Shown here: in pieces, positions 1 through 10,123 of the stretch
How positions within the stretch are numbered: the first letter of the stretch is position 1
How the letters are laid out: each line of letters begins with the position of its first letter
Origin: Nitrospirales bacterium
GTDB taxonomy: Bacteria; Nitrospirota; Nitrospiria; Nitrospirales; UBA8639
Reading direction: 5' to 3'
DNA length: 64,000 nt
Assembly (NCBI GenBank): GCA_963555755.3
Contig: OY820905.2
Span: 4,512,001-4,576,000, forward strand
Program-made: the position numbers and the translations under genes
Notes under the pieces: generated by a model
Databases searched by the model: none
What the model was told of the DNA's origin: nothing
The model's input: the letters and a program-made list of their open reading frames with translations, nothing else

Positions 1-2
1 TG

Positions 3-1397
3 GGCGAAGTCCTCCGAGAGCAATGGCTGCAGCACCGCGGTTCGTTTGAAGAGGCGTCTACCGTTCGGTTGGGACGATTGCTTGGCGCCCGCTATCTCTT
101 GAGTGGCCAGTATTATGGTGGAGGAGACGACTTGGTCTTGGAAGTCCATCTGCTTGGGGTGGAGCATGGGGCGGTCATCCGTACGTTTCGGGTGACTGGT
201 TCGGCCGATGCCATCCAGGATTTGGAACTCGATCTCGCGTCCCGTTTAGGACGGGTGTTTGATTCCGCGGCGATAGGGCAGACTGAGGATGCGGGTTCCG
301 ATTCTGTTGTGGAGGACAACTCTCCAGCGAGGCAATTTGATCCCCAGGAGATACGTGCAATTCAAAAAGAGGTTATGACTCAGGACCAATTACCTGAAGC
401 GCATGACCCACTCACGACGACCCTCCGGATCGATACGGTCTTGGGGTTGGAGCGCCTCCGATATGTGCGTGAGGCAGCGGCGCGTATAGCTCATGACCTG
501 TGGACCCAGTCTCTAGTCATTCGATTGGGGGCATTGCGGTACGAGTCTCAAGCTGGAAATGATCTAGGTCCGGATTCCTTGATCGTGAGCGTTCCGTTGT
601 CGGCCACCATTCGGGAAGAAACCATTCGACGGCTCGACTCAACGTTAACGATTGTGGAGCCTGATGATGGTGTGGAAGGAACTGATCTTGTTCTGCGGTA
701 TGAAGAATCCGATGCTGGAGCGCAACAATTGTTTCGCGAAGCCCTCCAATCACCTCGACGAATATTTGTTCGTGCGATTCGAGAATCAGGGGAGGTGCTC
801 GCGGTTTCTTCCGAATGGTCCTGGCGAACGGATTTGCATGTTCGTGTTCAACCTGATGGAACAGTCAGTCTCCTTCAATCCTCATCTCCATTCCTGAAAG
901 GGAACGCCACATTTGGAGGGGCGCTCCTGACTAGCCACGATTCCACCATCACGTTTGATGCCGTGGTCGTTCCGGTTCCTGAAGAATCCCGATCCATCTC
1001 CGTTGAATTCGTCATGGATCAGCGCGAGGTGGACGATCCTCTCGCGACAGAAAGGGAATTGGCCGCATCTGTTCAAACCTGGTTGCTTCATCGTTGGTTT
1101 CCGCCTGTGGCGGAATCCATTCCCACGCCGGGGTATCTTCCTGGTAACCGCCGTCGAGGTGTGGCGTTGGTTTCGGGTAAAGGCGGGACGATCTCTCGGA
1201 TCCAGGTCATTCAGATCGATGAAGAGGAAAAATTTGCCCAAAGTGTGAACGATGCATTGCGAAAATTGCCGGGGACCTGTTTCCGAGAATGCGGGAAGCT
1301 TGACCCCAAGAAGGCCCCACCCAAATCGTTTTCCCTGCGAGTCCAGTTTGAATTAACGAAGGATATTCGGCATGCCGGACTCGGTCGTCTGAGATAA
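3..1397 (+). CDS. Hypothetical exported protein, 5'-truncated; CsgG/TolB-N-like domain at the start and a possible TonB-C-like domain at the end
   Basis: The frame is open from the window start. 'EVLREQWLQ...TVRLGRLLGARYLLSG' resembles CsgG/HfaB-type domains. Stop TAA at 1395-1397. Confidence 0.55.
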   Translation, partial: GEVLREQWLQHRGSFEEASTVRLGRLLGARYLLSGQYYGGGDDLVLEVHLLGVEHGAVIRTFRVTGSADAIQDLELDLASRLGRVFDSAAIGQTEDAGSDSVVEDNSPARQFDPQEIRAIQKEVMTQDQLPEAHDPLTTTLRIDTVLGLERLRYVREAAARIAHDLWTQSLVIRLGALRYESQAGNDLGPDSLIVSVPLSATIREETIRRLDSTLTIVEPDDGVEGTDLVLRYEESDAGAQQLFREALQSPRRIFVRAIRESGEVLAVSSEWSWRTDLHVRVQPDGTVSLLQSSSPFLKGNATFGGALLTSHDSTITFDAVVVPVPEESRSISVEFVMDQREVDDPLATERELAASVQTWLLHRWFPPVAESIPTPGYLPGNRRRGVALVSGKGGTISRIQVIQIDEEEKFAQSVNDALRKLPGTCFRECGKLDPKKAPPKSFSLRVQFELTKDIRHAGLGRLR

Positions 1398-1740
1398 GGG
1401 CCGGCTAAACAATAACTGGGACAAAATCGCACCTAGATTTGGGGCGACTTTGGACGTAACGATTGAGAAAAAGCCATGGCATAGCACCGCTATGTTGAGG
1501 CTGTTTCGATTGAGGTATGTTCAACCTAGAAACGGCGGTTGGGCACAAAAAAGCCGTGCAAGCTATTGGTGTGCATGGTGACATACAAAAAGTCGTGGTC
1601 ACCTTGGTGGTGATGAGACATTTTTGTATTTTGCCAGGTGCGCCAAGAGGTTGTGCGGACTTTTGTGATCCAACTGCCGTTTCTAGGTTCAAAGGTGGTC
1701 CGAAGATGGGATGGGATTTTGTCCCAGTTTTGGAAGGCCC
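1398..1740. mobile_element. Diverged MITE family A' copy carrying a nested family B element
   Basis: Starts GGGCCGGCTAAACAATAACTGGGAC right after the TAA stop. The body aligns by eye to the family A copy at 13054-13233. The right end is degenerate (GTCCCAGTTTTGGAAGGCCC). Confidence 0.75.
1524..1688. mobile_element. MITE family B (165 bp)
   Basis: TIRs ACCTAGAAACGGCGGTTGG / CCAACTGCCGTTTCTAGGT, flanked by TCA...TCA (3-bp TSD). Confidence 0.9.
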
Positions 1741-2015
1741 ATATTGGGCTGCCTTGCGTGAGCCGATTCTGATATGGACCGATCTGTTTGATTCAACCAA
1801 GAGTCATGTCGATTCCACATCCCGTGAGGACCTTCACTCCAACTCGAAGAACTTTTCCCTGGAAACCACTTTCGTTCCTTAGGCTCTTGTTCGCGCATTC
1901 CTTAAAAAATTGGGGCCTTCCGTGTTTTCCATGAGTCGTCCCCAGCCTGTTTCTGATCCCTCTCCTTAGAAAGGAGGGGAATTTAAGGACGATTAGCCAT
2001 ACTGTTTACTCATGC

Positions 2016-3449
2016 TCATGTGGAAGAACCAAGAACTTTTCGTGATGGCTTGAGGGCTTGCTCCGCGGCCTGAGCTAACGCGGTATCGGCGCGGTGATCT
2101 TCTGAAAATATGCGAAGTTGCACGATCCGTGAAGGCAGAAATTCGAATAACTCGCGGAGGGTTTCTTTCTCCACGGCTTTGGTGGCTGGGTCGTAGACAT
2201 AAAATTGAAACTGTCCCATGTTGAGGACATTGATGGGGCGGGTATCCTTGCTGGCGATATCCACGCGAAAGATTGTGGTGGCGAGGCGGCGGGGAAGTTT
2301 TTTTCGAATCTTATGTTCAAGCGCTACGGCATTGGTGGCTGAGCCTCTTTCCTGATAGTCCCGCAAAGAGAGCAAGGCGCTATAGGCCATCTTCCATTTC
2401 ACTTTTCTCCCCAAGATTTGAGCCCATTCCTGTCCTAACCGTTGCTTGTTTCGATTCCGGGAAGAGGGCCATGTCCGAACCTGTTCCAACAGTGACCAGT
2501 CGGTGAGTTGCAGGTATTGTTTCATTCGTTGAAGAGGGTGGTGTGGAAAAATGACTTGCATCGTGTCATGAAAAATCTCGCGCAAGTGAAGATCGATGGC
2601 CCTGGTGGTGCGGTGGAAGTAGACATTGGAATAGAGATAGAGCCTGGCATTTAAAAACATCTGGAGGGCCGAAAGCCCATTTTTATGCAGGGTGACCCCT
2701 TTACGAGTGATGAGGGTATAGTGAATGAGCCGGTCGATATCAACCGGGCCTACGGCTACCCCACACATATACGAGTCGCGTAACACATAGTCGAAGTTGT
2801 CCGCTGTAAAGAGTCCACCGATCAGTGGCTGGAGGAGTCGAAGCCAATACGGGTATCCCTGACTCTTTTTTTGAGGATCTTTCAAAATGAGGAATGCGAG
2901 ATAGTCAGGATCGAGTTCCTCTCCTTGCGCAAACGCTCCAGACGGACTACGTCGTAACTTTTTAATGATTGGACCCAGATGCTCTCGTATGATGACCTGT
3001 CCGACCAACTCATGTGATAGCCCAAAATGGTTTAACACGTGATGATCAAAAAAGTGGCAGAAGGGGCCATGCCCCACGTCGTGTAACAGGGCTGTCACGC
3101 GGAGGAGTTCTTCGATAAACGGAAGGGACGGAGTCTCTGGATCAGTGAGGGCAAGACTCGAATACACTTGTTGCGCGAATCGGCCAGCCAGGTGCATGGC
3201 CCCCAGTGAATGCTGAAAGCGACTATGTTCCGCCGAGGGATAGACCCATCGTGCGCTCTGTAATTGATAGATGTATCGAAGCCGTTGGATCCACGGTGAA
3301 TCGATGAGGTCCTTCTCTGTGGTTTCCTGAGAGGGAGAGGTCTCTAGAGGAACGGTGAATTGGATGTATTGATGAATCGGGTCGGCAATGAGCGATATGT
3401 GGTTCAACAGTGGGTACGGCATGGGGGGCGGATGTTCGGTTATGGGCAA
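2016..3449 (-). CDS. HD-domain phosphohydrolase (SAMHD1/dNTP triphosphohydrolase-like)
   Basis: Motifs DPIH, QRLRYIYQL, HSRFQHSLG, LLHDVGHGPFCH, D..DY..RD, VYFHRT. Confidence 0.9.
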   Translation of the reverse strand: MPITEHPPPMPYPLLNHISLIADPIHQYIQFTVPLETSPSQETTEKDLIDSPWIQRLRYIYQLQSARWVYPSAEHSRFQHSLGAMHLAGRFAQQVYSSLALTDPETPSLPFIEELLRVTALLHDVGHGPFCHFFDHHVLNHFGLSHELVGQVIIREHLGPIIKKLRRSPSGAFAQGEELDPDYLAFLILKDPQKKSQGYPYWLRLLQPLIGGLFTADNFDYVLRDSYMCGVAVGPVDIDRLIHYTLITRKGVTLHKNGLSALQMFLNARLYLYSNVYFHRTTRAIDLHLREIFHDTMQVIFPHHPLQRMKQYLQLTDWSLLEQVRTWPSSRNRNKQRLGQEWAQILGRKVKWKMAYSALLSLRDYQERGSATNAVALEHKIRKKLPRRLATTIFRVDIASKDTRPINVLNMGQFQFYVYDPATKAVEKETLRELFEFLPSRIVQLRIFSEDHRADTALAQAAEQALKPSRKVLGSST

Positions 3450-3472
3450 TATTGAATTGGGCTGATTTTAAC

Positions 3473-3961
3473 TTAGGCTGGCTTTTCTGAACAACTAGCA
3501 GGATCGTGTGTGCCCACGGCGTGGTGTTTTCGGTGCCGGGAGATAAGGAGCAGTCCTAAAGGGTATGCAATCAACGCACCCAAAAGACTCAGCGTGCAGG
3601 CGCCAATGGTAAAGGGTAGGAGGTAGGGCACGATGACTTCGTAAAGGGCTTCCGTTGAAAGATTGTCCCAAGAAATGGCTGGAAGTTCCGGCATGCCGAG
3701 AAGCAGAAAGCCCGTCCACATGGTGGCCCCAAGAATTGGCACGGTGGTCCAGGGATTATTCACAAAGTTTCCTAGCAGTATGGCGGCAAAATTTAAGCGA
3801 AAGGCCCATGCGAAAAATATGGCGGAGAGGGTATGCAGCCCATAGGTTGGGCTAAAGGCAATGAATATACCCAGTGCAAAGGCCAGCGCCGTTCGGTGCG
3901 GTGACTCTTGAAGATGTAATACTTGAGTGAGTTGAGAACGAATAGAGGCGAGTGAAAACAC
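3473..3961 (-). CDS. DUF2062 family membrane protein
   Basis: 'SPHRTALAFALGIFIAFSP...RLN...NNPWT' pattern with hydrophobic helices. Confidence 0.85.
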   Translation of the reverse strand: MFSLASIRSQLTQVLHLQESPHRTALAFALGIFIAFSPTYGLHTLSAIFFAWAFRLNFAAILLGNFVNNPWTTVPILGATMWTGFLLLGMPELPAISWDNLSTEALYEVIVPYLLPFTIGACTLSLLGALIAYPLGLLLISRHRKHHAVGTHDPASCSEKPA

Positions 3962-3974
3962 GATGATGGAATAC

Positions 3975-5024
3975 TCAGGGTTTGGTGGAAAAGTGATCGT
4001 AACTCTGTCTCATGATTTTTCGGTTGATCCCGTCTTCTAACGTGAGCCTAAGGCCAAAGGGTTTCGGCTTTATTTCCCCGATACAGGTCATGGTGGTCTT
4101 GAGCGTGTGAGAGAGCTCGGTTACTCTGCCTTGATTTCGAGGGTTGATGGTAAACAGTAACTCGTAATCTTCCCCCCCCTCCAGCGCTATGTCAATGGGG
4201 TTGCACCGATGCGCTGCCGCGTAGGCATGGCATTGACGCGAAATGGGAAGGTGAGTGGCCCACAATTCGACTCCGACGCAACTCGCATGGCAGAGGTGGT
4301 GGATATCTCCTGAAAGTCCATCTGAGACATCAATGGCCGCATGGGCAAGACGACCCTGGGAAAGATGCTGTCCGATGGCCAGTCTCGGTGTCGGGCGCAG
4401 GTGTCTCTTTTTGAGAAATGTTTCATATGGCTGATGGGTAGTAGTTTTTTTCTGTTTCCTTTGGCGTTGCAAAATCTGAAGCCCGGCTTTGGAATCGCCC
4501 AATGTGCCGGTCACATACACTTGATCTCCTACTTTGGCGCCTTGACGGGTCAATGCACGATTGGCTCTCACATGTCCCAGGATGGTGAGACAAAGAAACA
4601 GGCCTGACTTTGATGTAGAGGTATCGCCTCCGACAAGAGAAATATTGTATTGCCGGCATGGTTTTTTAAATCCCTGATACAATGTTCGCACATTGTGTAT
4701 CGAATACGAAGGCGGAATTGCCAAAGCCACAAGGAGAAATTTTGGGATGCCCCCCATCGCGGCGATATCACTGATATTCGCCACGGCGATTCGATAGCCC
4801 ACGTCTTGTAATGATTCAAAGGCTAAATCAAAGTGGACCCCTTCAATGGCGAGGTCGGTGCTGGCAAGAAGGGATTCCTTGGGTGAGGTGCGCAGAATGG
4901 CGGCATCATCTCCAATGCCTTGGATGACCTCGGAACCGAGTGTGTGACAATGTTTGTGCAGGTCGCGAATAAGGCCAAATTCTCCGAGGGCGTGAAGCGT
5001 TGATGGCCGCGACGCAGGTGTCAT
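3975..5024 (-). CDS. thiL: Thiamine-monophosphate kinase
   Basis: GEFGLI, GIGDDAA, NISDIAAMGG, GGDT, DVSDGL and GGEDYELLFT motifs. Confidence 0.95.
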   Translation of the reverse strand: MTPASRPSTLHALGEFGLIRDLHKHCHTLGSEVIQGIGDDAAILRTSPKESLLASTDLAIEGVHFDLAFESLQDVGYRIAVANISDIAAMGGIPKFLLVALAIPPSYSIHNVRTLYQGFKKPCRQYNISLVGGDTSTSKSGLFLCLTILGHVRANRALTRQGAKVGDQVYVTGTLGDSKAGLQILQRQRKQKKTTTHQPYETFLKKRHLRPTPRLAIGQHLSQGRLAHAAIDVSDGLSGDIHHLCHASCVGVELWATHLPISRQCHAYAAAHRCNPIDIALEGGEDYELLFTINPRNQGRVTELSHTLKTTMTCIGEIKPKPFGLRLTLEDGINRKIMRQSYDHFSTKP

Positions 5025-7543
5025 CGTGAGGAATGGGGTGGGGAAAGAGTCCGGTTCGCTTTTGCGCGGGGCGTAGGAGCCGCCGCCACGCGTTTTTTCT
5101 GATTCGCCGTTGATGTTCGGGAGCGCAGCGATTTGATTGTTTTGGATTTTGTGTGCGGGGCTTTGACCGGTTTCAGTTTTCTCCGCATATGTGGAGGTAA
5201 ATGAAGGGCGGCTTGGAACACATCATCCATCGTTTCCGCGAAAATGAAGTGGACCTCTTTGAGGAGGTGTTTGGGGAGCTCCTCCAAATCTTTTTCATTG
5301 CGTTTAGGAATAATGATATTGGTGACGGTCGCCCGTTTGGCTGCGAGGACTTTTTCCTTGAGTCCGCCGATGGGGAGCACGCGTCCTCTTAACGTGACTT
5401 CGCCGGTCATGGCGACATCATGCCGAGTCGGGAGGTTGGCTAAACTCGAGGTAATGGCCGCGGCCATGGTAATGCCCGCCGAGGGCCCGTCTTTGGGTAT
5501 GGCACCTGCGGGGACATGAATGTGGATATCCGTTTTCGAGAAGGTATCGGGTTTGATGCCGAGTCGTTGGGCTTGTGACCGAACGTAGCTCAACGCCGCT
5601 TGCGCCGATTCTTTCATGACATCTCCCAAATGTCCGGTCAGCGTTAACTGGCCTTTCCCCTTCATGGCCGTGGCTTCGATGTGCAGAATTTCTCCCCCGG
5701 ATTCGGTCCAGGCAAGGCCCGTGGCGACACCAACCTGATCTTTTTCTTTCTCGGTTTCCGGCATATACTTGGGGACGCCCAAGTATTTTTGCAGGGACGT
5801 TGGGGTAATCGTGTGGAGTGTGACTTTTCCTTCGGCGACACGCTTGGCGACTTTGCGCATGGCATTGGCGATTTCTCGCTCGAGGTTTCTGACTCCCGCT
5901 TCGCGGGTATAGTGACTGATGATTCGTTGAAGGGCCGGGTCCATGAGGCGGAAATGCTTTTCCGTAATCCCATGTTCTTCCAGTTGGCGGGGTAGCAAGA
6001 AGCGACGGGCAATGCCCAGTTTCTCTTCCTCCGTGTAACCGGGGATTGCGATGATTTCCATACGATCGCGCAGGGCGGAAAGGATGGGATCAATCACGTT
6101 GGCGGTGGTGATGAACATGACATTACTGAGGTCAAACGGGACTCCCAAGTAATGGTCGGAAAACGCGTGGTTTTGTTCGGGGTCCAACACTTCTAACAGG
6201 GCGGCGGAGGGGTCCCCGCGATAATCCATACCGACCTTATCGATTTCATCAAGCATGAAAACAGGATTGTTGGTGCCGGCTTGCTTGATCCCTTGCATGA
6301 TGCGTCCGGGAAGCGCGCCGACATACGTGCGGCGGTGTCCACGGATCTCTGCTTCATCCCGCACCCCGCCAAGGCTGATGCGAACGAATTCTCGGCCTAG
6401 CGCACGTGCAATCGATTTGCCCAGGGATGTTTTGCCAACCCCAGGAGGACCCGCAAAGCACAAGATTGGGCCTTTGAGTTTGTTTTTTAATTTTCGAACG
6501 GCCAGGTATTCCAAAATCCGTTCCTTGACTTTTTCCAGGTCATAGTGGTCGTCGTTGAGCACTTTATGCGCGGCGGGAATATCCAGGTTATCGTCCGAGG
6601 CCTTGCTCCAGGGAATTTCAACCAACCACTCCAAATAGGTCCGAACCGTCGCCGCTTCCGCGGTGTCGGGGTGCATTTTTTCTAGACGCTTCAGTTGTTT
6701 TTCGGCTTCTTTCAACACTTTCTCTGGCATGGCAGCTTCTTGAATCCGTTTGCGAAATTCTGCGGCTTCTTCCGCGCGTTCATCGAGTTCGCCCAGTTCT
6801 TTTTGAATGGCCTTGAGTTGTTCGCGAAGAAAATATTCTCGTTGGGTTTTATCGATTTCGCCCTTGGCCTCAGCTTGGATTTTTTGCTGCATCGACATTA
6901 CTTCGATTTCTTTTCCCAGAATGTCGGTCACTTGCTTCAAGCGGGCAAGGGGGTCTTCGGTTTCCAAAATCTCCTGGGTCACATCGACTTTTTGGGCGAG
7001 ATTCGAAATGATGATGTCAGCCAACCTTCCCGGTTCATCCAAGTTTTCAATCACGACCATCACATCTGGCATCAACATCTTCCCGAGGCTGGTCAATCGG
7101 TCCAAGGTTTCCTTGGCGGTGCGAAGTACGGCTTCCGTTTCGAGTGACGGTGGGCTGGCCGGAATCGCCGGGAGTTGATCAACCTGAACCGAATAGTATG
7201 GATTGCTCTGGATGTATTCGGTGATCCTTCCTTTCATAACACCTTGAACGAGAATTTTGATCCGCTCATCCGGGAGTTTGAGCATCCGCATGATCATGCC
7301 CACGGTTCCAATGGTAAAGATTTCCTCGGGGCCGGGTGTTTCCGTGTCGTGCGATTTCTGAGTCGCTAAAAACACCATTCGGTCTCCCTCGAGTGCGGCC
7401 TCGATCGCTTTAATCGACATGTCGCGGCCGACAAACAACGGGAGCACCATGTACGGGAACACCACGATATCTCTGACGGGGATCAGTGGAAGGGTGTCGG
7501 GGATTTTCACATTCTGGGGATCTAGGGCAAGTTCTTCAGACAT
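5021..7543 (-). CDS. lon: ATP-dependent protease La
   Basis: N-domain; Walker [22 protein letters not shown]; catalytic PKDGPSAG and IGGLKEK. Confidence 0.97.
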   Translation of the reverse strand: MSEELALDPQNVKIPDTLPLIPVRDIVVFPYMVLPLFVGRDMSIKAIEAALEGDRMVFLATQKSHDTETPGPEEIFTIGTVGMIMRMLKLPDERIKILVQGVMKGRITEYIQSNPYYSVQVDQLPAIPASPPSLETEAVLRTAKETLDRLTSLGKMLMPDVMVVIENLDEPGRLADIIISNLAQKVDVTQEILETEDPLARLKQVTDILGKEIEVMSMQQKIQAEAKGEIDKTQREYFLREQLKAIQKELGELDERAEEAAEFRKRIQEAAMPEKVLKEAEKQLKRLEKMHPDTAEAATVRTYLEWLVEIPWSKASDDNLDIPAAHKVLNDDHYDLEKVKERILEYLAVRKLKNKLKGPILCFAGPPGVGKTSLGKSIARALGREFVRISLGGVRDEAEIRGHRRTYVGALPGRIMQGIKQAGTNNPVFMLDEIDKVGMDYRGDPSAALLEVLDPEQNHAFSDHYLGVPFDLSNVMFITTANVIDPILSALRDRMEIIAIPGYTEEEKLGIARRFLLPRQLEEHGITEKHFRLMDPALQRIISHYTREAGVRNLEREIANAMRKVAKRVAEGKVTLHTITPTSLQKYLGVPKYMPETEKEKDQVGVATGLAWTESGGEILHIEATAMKGKGQLTLTGHLGDVMKESAQAALSYVRSQAQRLGIKPDTFSKTDIHIHVPAGAIPKDGPSAGITMAAAITSSLANLPTRHDVAMTGEVTLRGRVLPIGGLKEKVLAAKRATVTNIIIPKRNEKDLEELPKHLLKEVHFIFAETMDDVFQAALHLPPHMRRKLKPVKAPHTKSKTIKSLRSRTSTANQKKRVAAAPTPRAKANRTLSPPHSSR

Positions 7544-7640
7544 AGATGAAATAACCTTAGCAATGTCAATTCGACATTTTTTGGTGTGGTTGACGATTGT
7601 GTTGAAATTTCCAACTGGGCTTAAATCATGGGGAAGCTGG

Positions 7641-7670
7641 ATACTAGGTGAAGGAAAAAATGAATGTCAA
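7641..7670 (-). promoter_or_regulatory. Putative sigma70 promoter for lon
   Basis: Minus strand TTGACA-18 nt-TAGTAT, about 100 bp upstream of the lon ATG. Confidence 0.45.
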
Positions 7671-7689
7671 GGAAGGAAAAGCATTGCAA

Positions 7690-9593
7690 CAGGGCTATTT
7701 CATATTAAAGTGTAACTTTATAGATAATAAGGAATAATCGATTTAGGCTGGCTTTTTCTTTTCGTTTACGGCATACTCTTTTGCATGCCAGACGAATCGC
7801 CAAGCGGACAGCCGGACATTGATCTGAGGCAAGTCGTGGTTCGCCCAATTGTCCGAGACGAAAAGGACGCCTTCAAGACCCTTCTCGACAGACACCACTA
7901 CCTCGGTCATGCCCCGCTGATTGGCCAATCGATACAATATCTCGCCTGTGTGCAGGATCGCTGGCTGGCCTTGCTGGTGTTTGCGGCGGCGGCCCTCAAA
8001 TCGAGACCGCGAGACCACTGGATCGGCTGGCCCCCCTGTTTTCAATGGCAACGACTCCATTTACTGGCCAACAACACCTGGTTTCTCATGCTGCCGGGCT
8101 GTTCGCAAAAGAACCTCGCCTCGAAAGTCCTGTCGCTCTGCGCGAAACGGATCTCGGCCGATTGGCAACTGTACCACGGCTACCCCTTGCTCCTCTTAGA
8201 GACCTTCGTCGATCCTGCCCGCTTCACCGGGACCTGCTATCGGGCCGCCGGGTGGCACGAGCTCGGTCTGACACGAGGGTTTCGCAAGTCGAACACGTGT
8301 TATGTTCAGCATGAGAGACCGAAGCGCATCCTAGTCGTGCGGCTGCATCCCCAAGCCCGAGAGATCCTTGCACGCCCGATGCTTGATCAGCCCTATCAGA
8401 AAGGAGAAGCGCCTCAGATGAGATTGAATACAAAACAGACGGACTCCCTCTTTACGTATGTGGTGCAGCTGACCGATCCCCGCCATTTGCAAGGGCAACG
8501 GCACACCCGACGCGCCCTCACGGCGATCATGTTCTGTGCCACCTTGTGCGGCGCGCGCGGCTATGAAGCGATCTCGGACTGGGCCCAGCAGTTATCGCAG
8601 CCGATGCGCAAGCGGCTAGGCTGTACTCAGCGAGGGGGGCGCTACCTCGTCCCGAGCCGCAGCACTCTTTACCGCTTTATCACGGCCGTCGACCCCTGTG
8701 AAGTCGATACCCTGCTCGGCCGGTGGCTGGACACCTTCGGCGGGGAGGATCAGGGCATTGCCATTGATGGGAAGACCATGCGGGGGACGTCGAAGGTCCC
8801 AAGCGAACAGACCCACGTCCTCAGCGCCGTCACCCATCAAGCCGGGCGCCACCTCACCCAAAAAAAGTTCACTCCAAGACCAATGAGATCCCCTGCGTGC
8901 GGCCCCTGTTAGATGCGCTCGAGATCGCAGGGAAGGTGATCACGGCGGATGCGCTCCTCACCCAGAAAGAGATTGCCGAGTACCTGGTGCACGAACGCGG
9001 CGCCGACTTCGTCTTCACCGTCAAGGGAAACCAGCCCACCTTGAAGCACGACATTGAGGCCTTAGCGTTGCGAGCACGCCGGTGCGATTATGCCACCACC
9101 GAGAAAGGCCATGGGCAGATCACGACCCGCAGGATCTGGTGCGATGACTCCCTGAATGCCTATGTCAACTTTCCTCATGTCCAGCAAGTCTTCTGCATTG
9201 AGAGGGAAGTGACGCATCTCAAGCAGGGCCTCACGACCGTCGAAGCGGTCTGCGGTGTCACGAGTCAGTCCAAAGACAAGGCGGGGCCGAAGACCATCCT
9301 CTCGCAAAACCGAAAGCATTGGAGTGTGGAGAATAAGCAGCATTATGTGTTGGACGTCACCTTTGATGAAGACAGGAGTCAGATACGAAGTCTCAATGGC
9401 CCAATGGTCATGACCTGTCTGAGACGCTATGCCATCAGTCTCTTACGCCTGAAAGGCTACACCAATATCGCGCAGGCGTGTAGACTGCTCTGGGGCAAGC
9501 CCCATTTAGCCATCCGCATGGCCCTGCCCTGAAAAAGAGCGCACAAAAAACCTCATGGAATCCCTTGCTTATAAAAAGAATGAAATGGCCCTG
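7690..9593 (+). mobile_element. ISAs1-family insertion sequence (1904 bp)
   Basis: TIRs CAGGGCTATTTCAT / ATGAAATGGCCCTG. Perfect 10-bp TSD AGCATTGCAA at 7680-7689 and 9594-9603. Confidence 0.95.
7785..9532 (+). CDS. ISAs1 transposase with N-terminal DUF4338-like domain, joined by a -1 frameshift at 8861-8867
   Basis: ORF1 has HHYLG, RDHWIGW, LLETFVD..F.GTCYRAAGW, then DPR and IAIDGKT. The -1 frame after A_AAA_AAG reads VHSKTNEIP..VITADAL..VKGNQPTL..R.HWSVEN..HYVLDVTFDED. Confidence 0.9.
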
Positions 9594-9612
9594 AGCATTG
9601 CAATGACAATAC

Positions 9613-9641
9613 TTTACAAGGACAGGGTGGCACATTATAAT
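9613..9641 (+). promoter_or_regulatory. Putative sigma70 promoter facing the bamA/lipid A operon
   Basis: TTTACA-17 nt-TATAAT. Confidence 0.6.
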
Positions 9642-9681
9642 GCCTGTGCCCACCAGGGTCTTCGGATGGTCCGGGGTCTGA

Positions 9682-9860
9682 GGACCTGAGAGAAAATAAC
9701 TTGGCCATCTCGCATCCAAGGTTCGGGCCATCTTTGAACGGGTCTCAATCGAAACACCCTCACCATAGCTGTGCTATGCCTCGGGTGTTTCTCAATCGTT
9801 CCGTCCAAATCCGCCCCAAATCTTGGCGCAATATTGTCCAAGTTATTTTCTCTCAGGTCC
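9682..9860. mobile_element. MITE family A (179 bp)
   Basis: 23-bp TIRs GGACCTGAGAGAAAATAACTTGG / CCAAGTTATTTTCTCTCAGGTCC; TSD TGA in a CTGAG context. Confidence 0.93.
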
Positions 9861-9910
9861 TGAGCGGCCATTTCGGGGTTTCTGTTTATAATGGTAAAAA
9901 ATTTCTGATC

Positions 9911-10033
9911 CGGGGCTGTTGAAAAAGGCTGTCCAGCAAGGCCGCAGGGGATTTGGCGCCCGCAGCGTACATGGAGTACGTGAGGACGACAAAGCCCCGA
10001 GAACGCCGCTGGCGGACTTTTTCGACAGCCCCG
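9911..10033. mobile_element. MITE family D (123 bp)
   Basis: TIRs CGGGGCTGTTGAAAAAG / CTTTTTCGACAGCCCCG; homologous (inverted) to 57820-57944; no clean TSD. Confidence 0.8.
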
Positions 10034-10123
10034 ATTTTCGAACTTTCAGATCACAAGTGGTTTGGTCTACTGGCTCCTTCCTTGTGTAGTTGCCTTCCAA
10101 GCCGTAAACCGACAGGCTGTTGA

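Noticed and set aside
1959..1980. Hairpin CCCTCTCCTTAGAAAGGAGGGG as a terminator
   Set aside because: It lacks a clear U-tract on the relevant strand and is single-copy here, so terminator and REP-like repeat cannot be told apart.
7557..7580. CIRCE element upstream of lon
   Set aside because: TTAGCAATG resembles only the left half-site and the right arm is absent. The short AATGTC-N5-GACATT palindrome is too weak to call.
7785..8912. Druantia anti-phage system
   Set aside because: The DUF4338-like domain lies inside an IS with TIRs and a TSD, and no other Dru genes are nearby.
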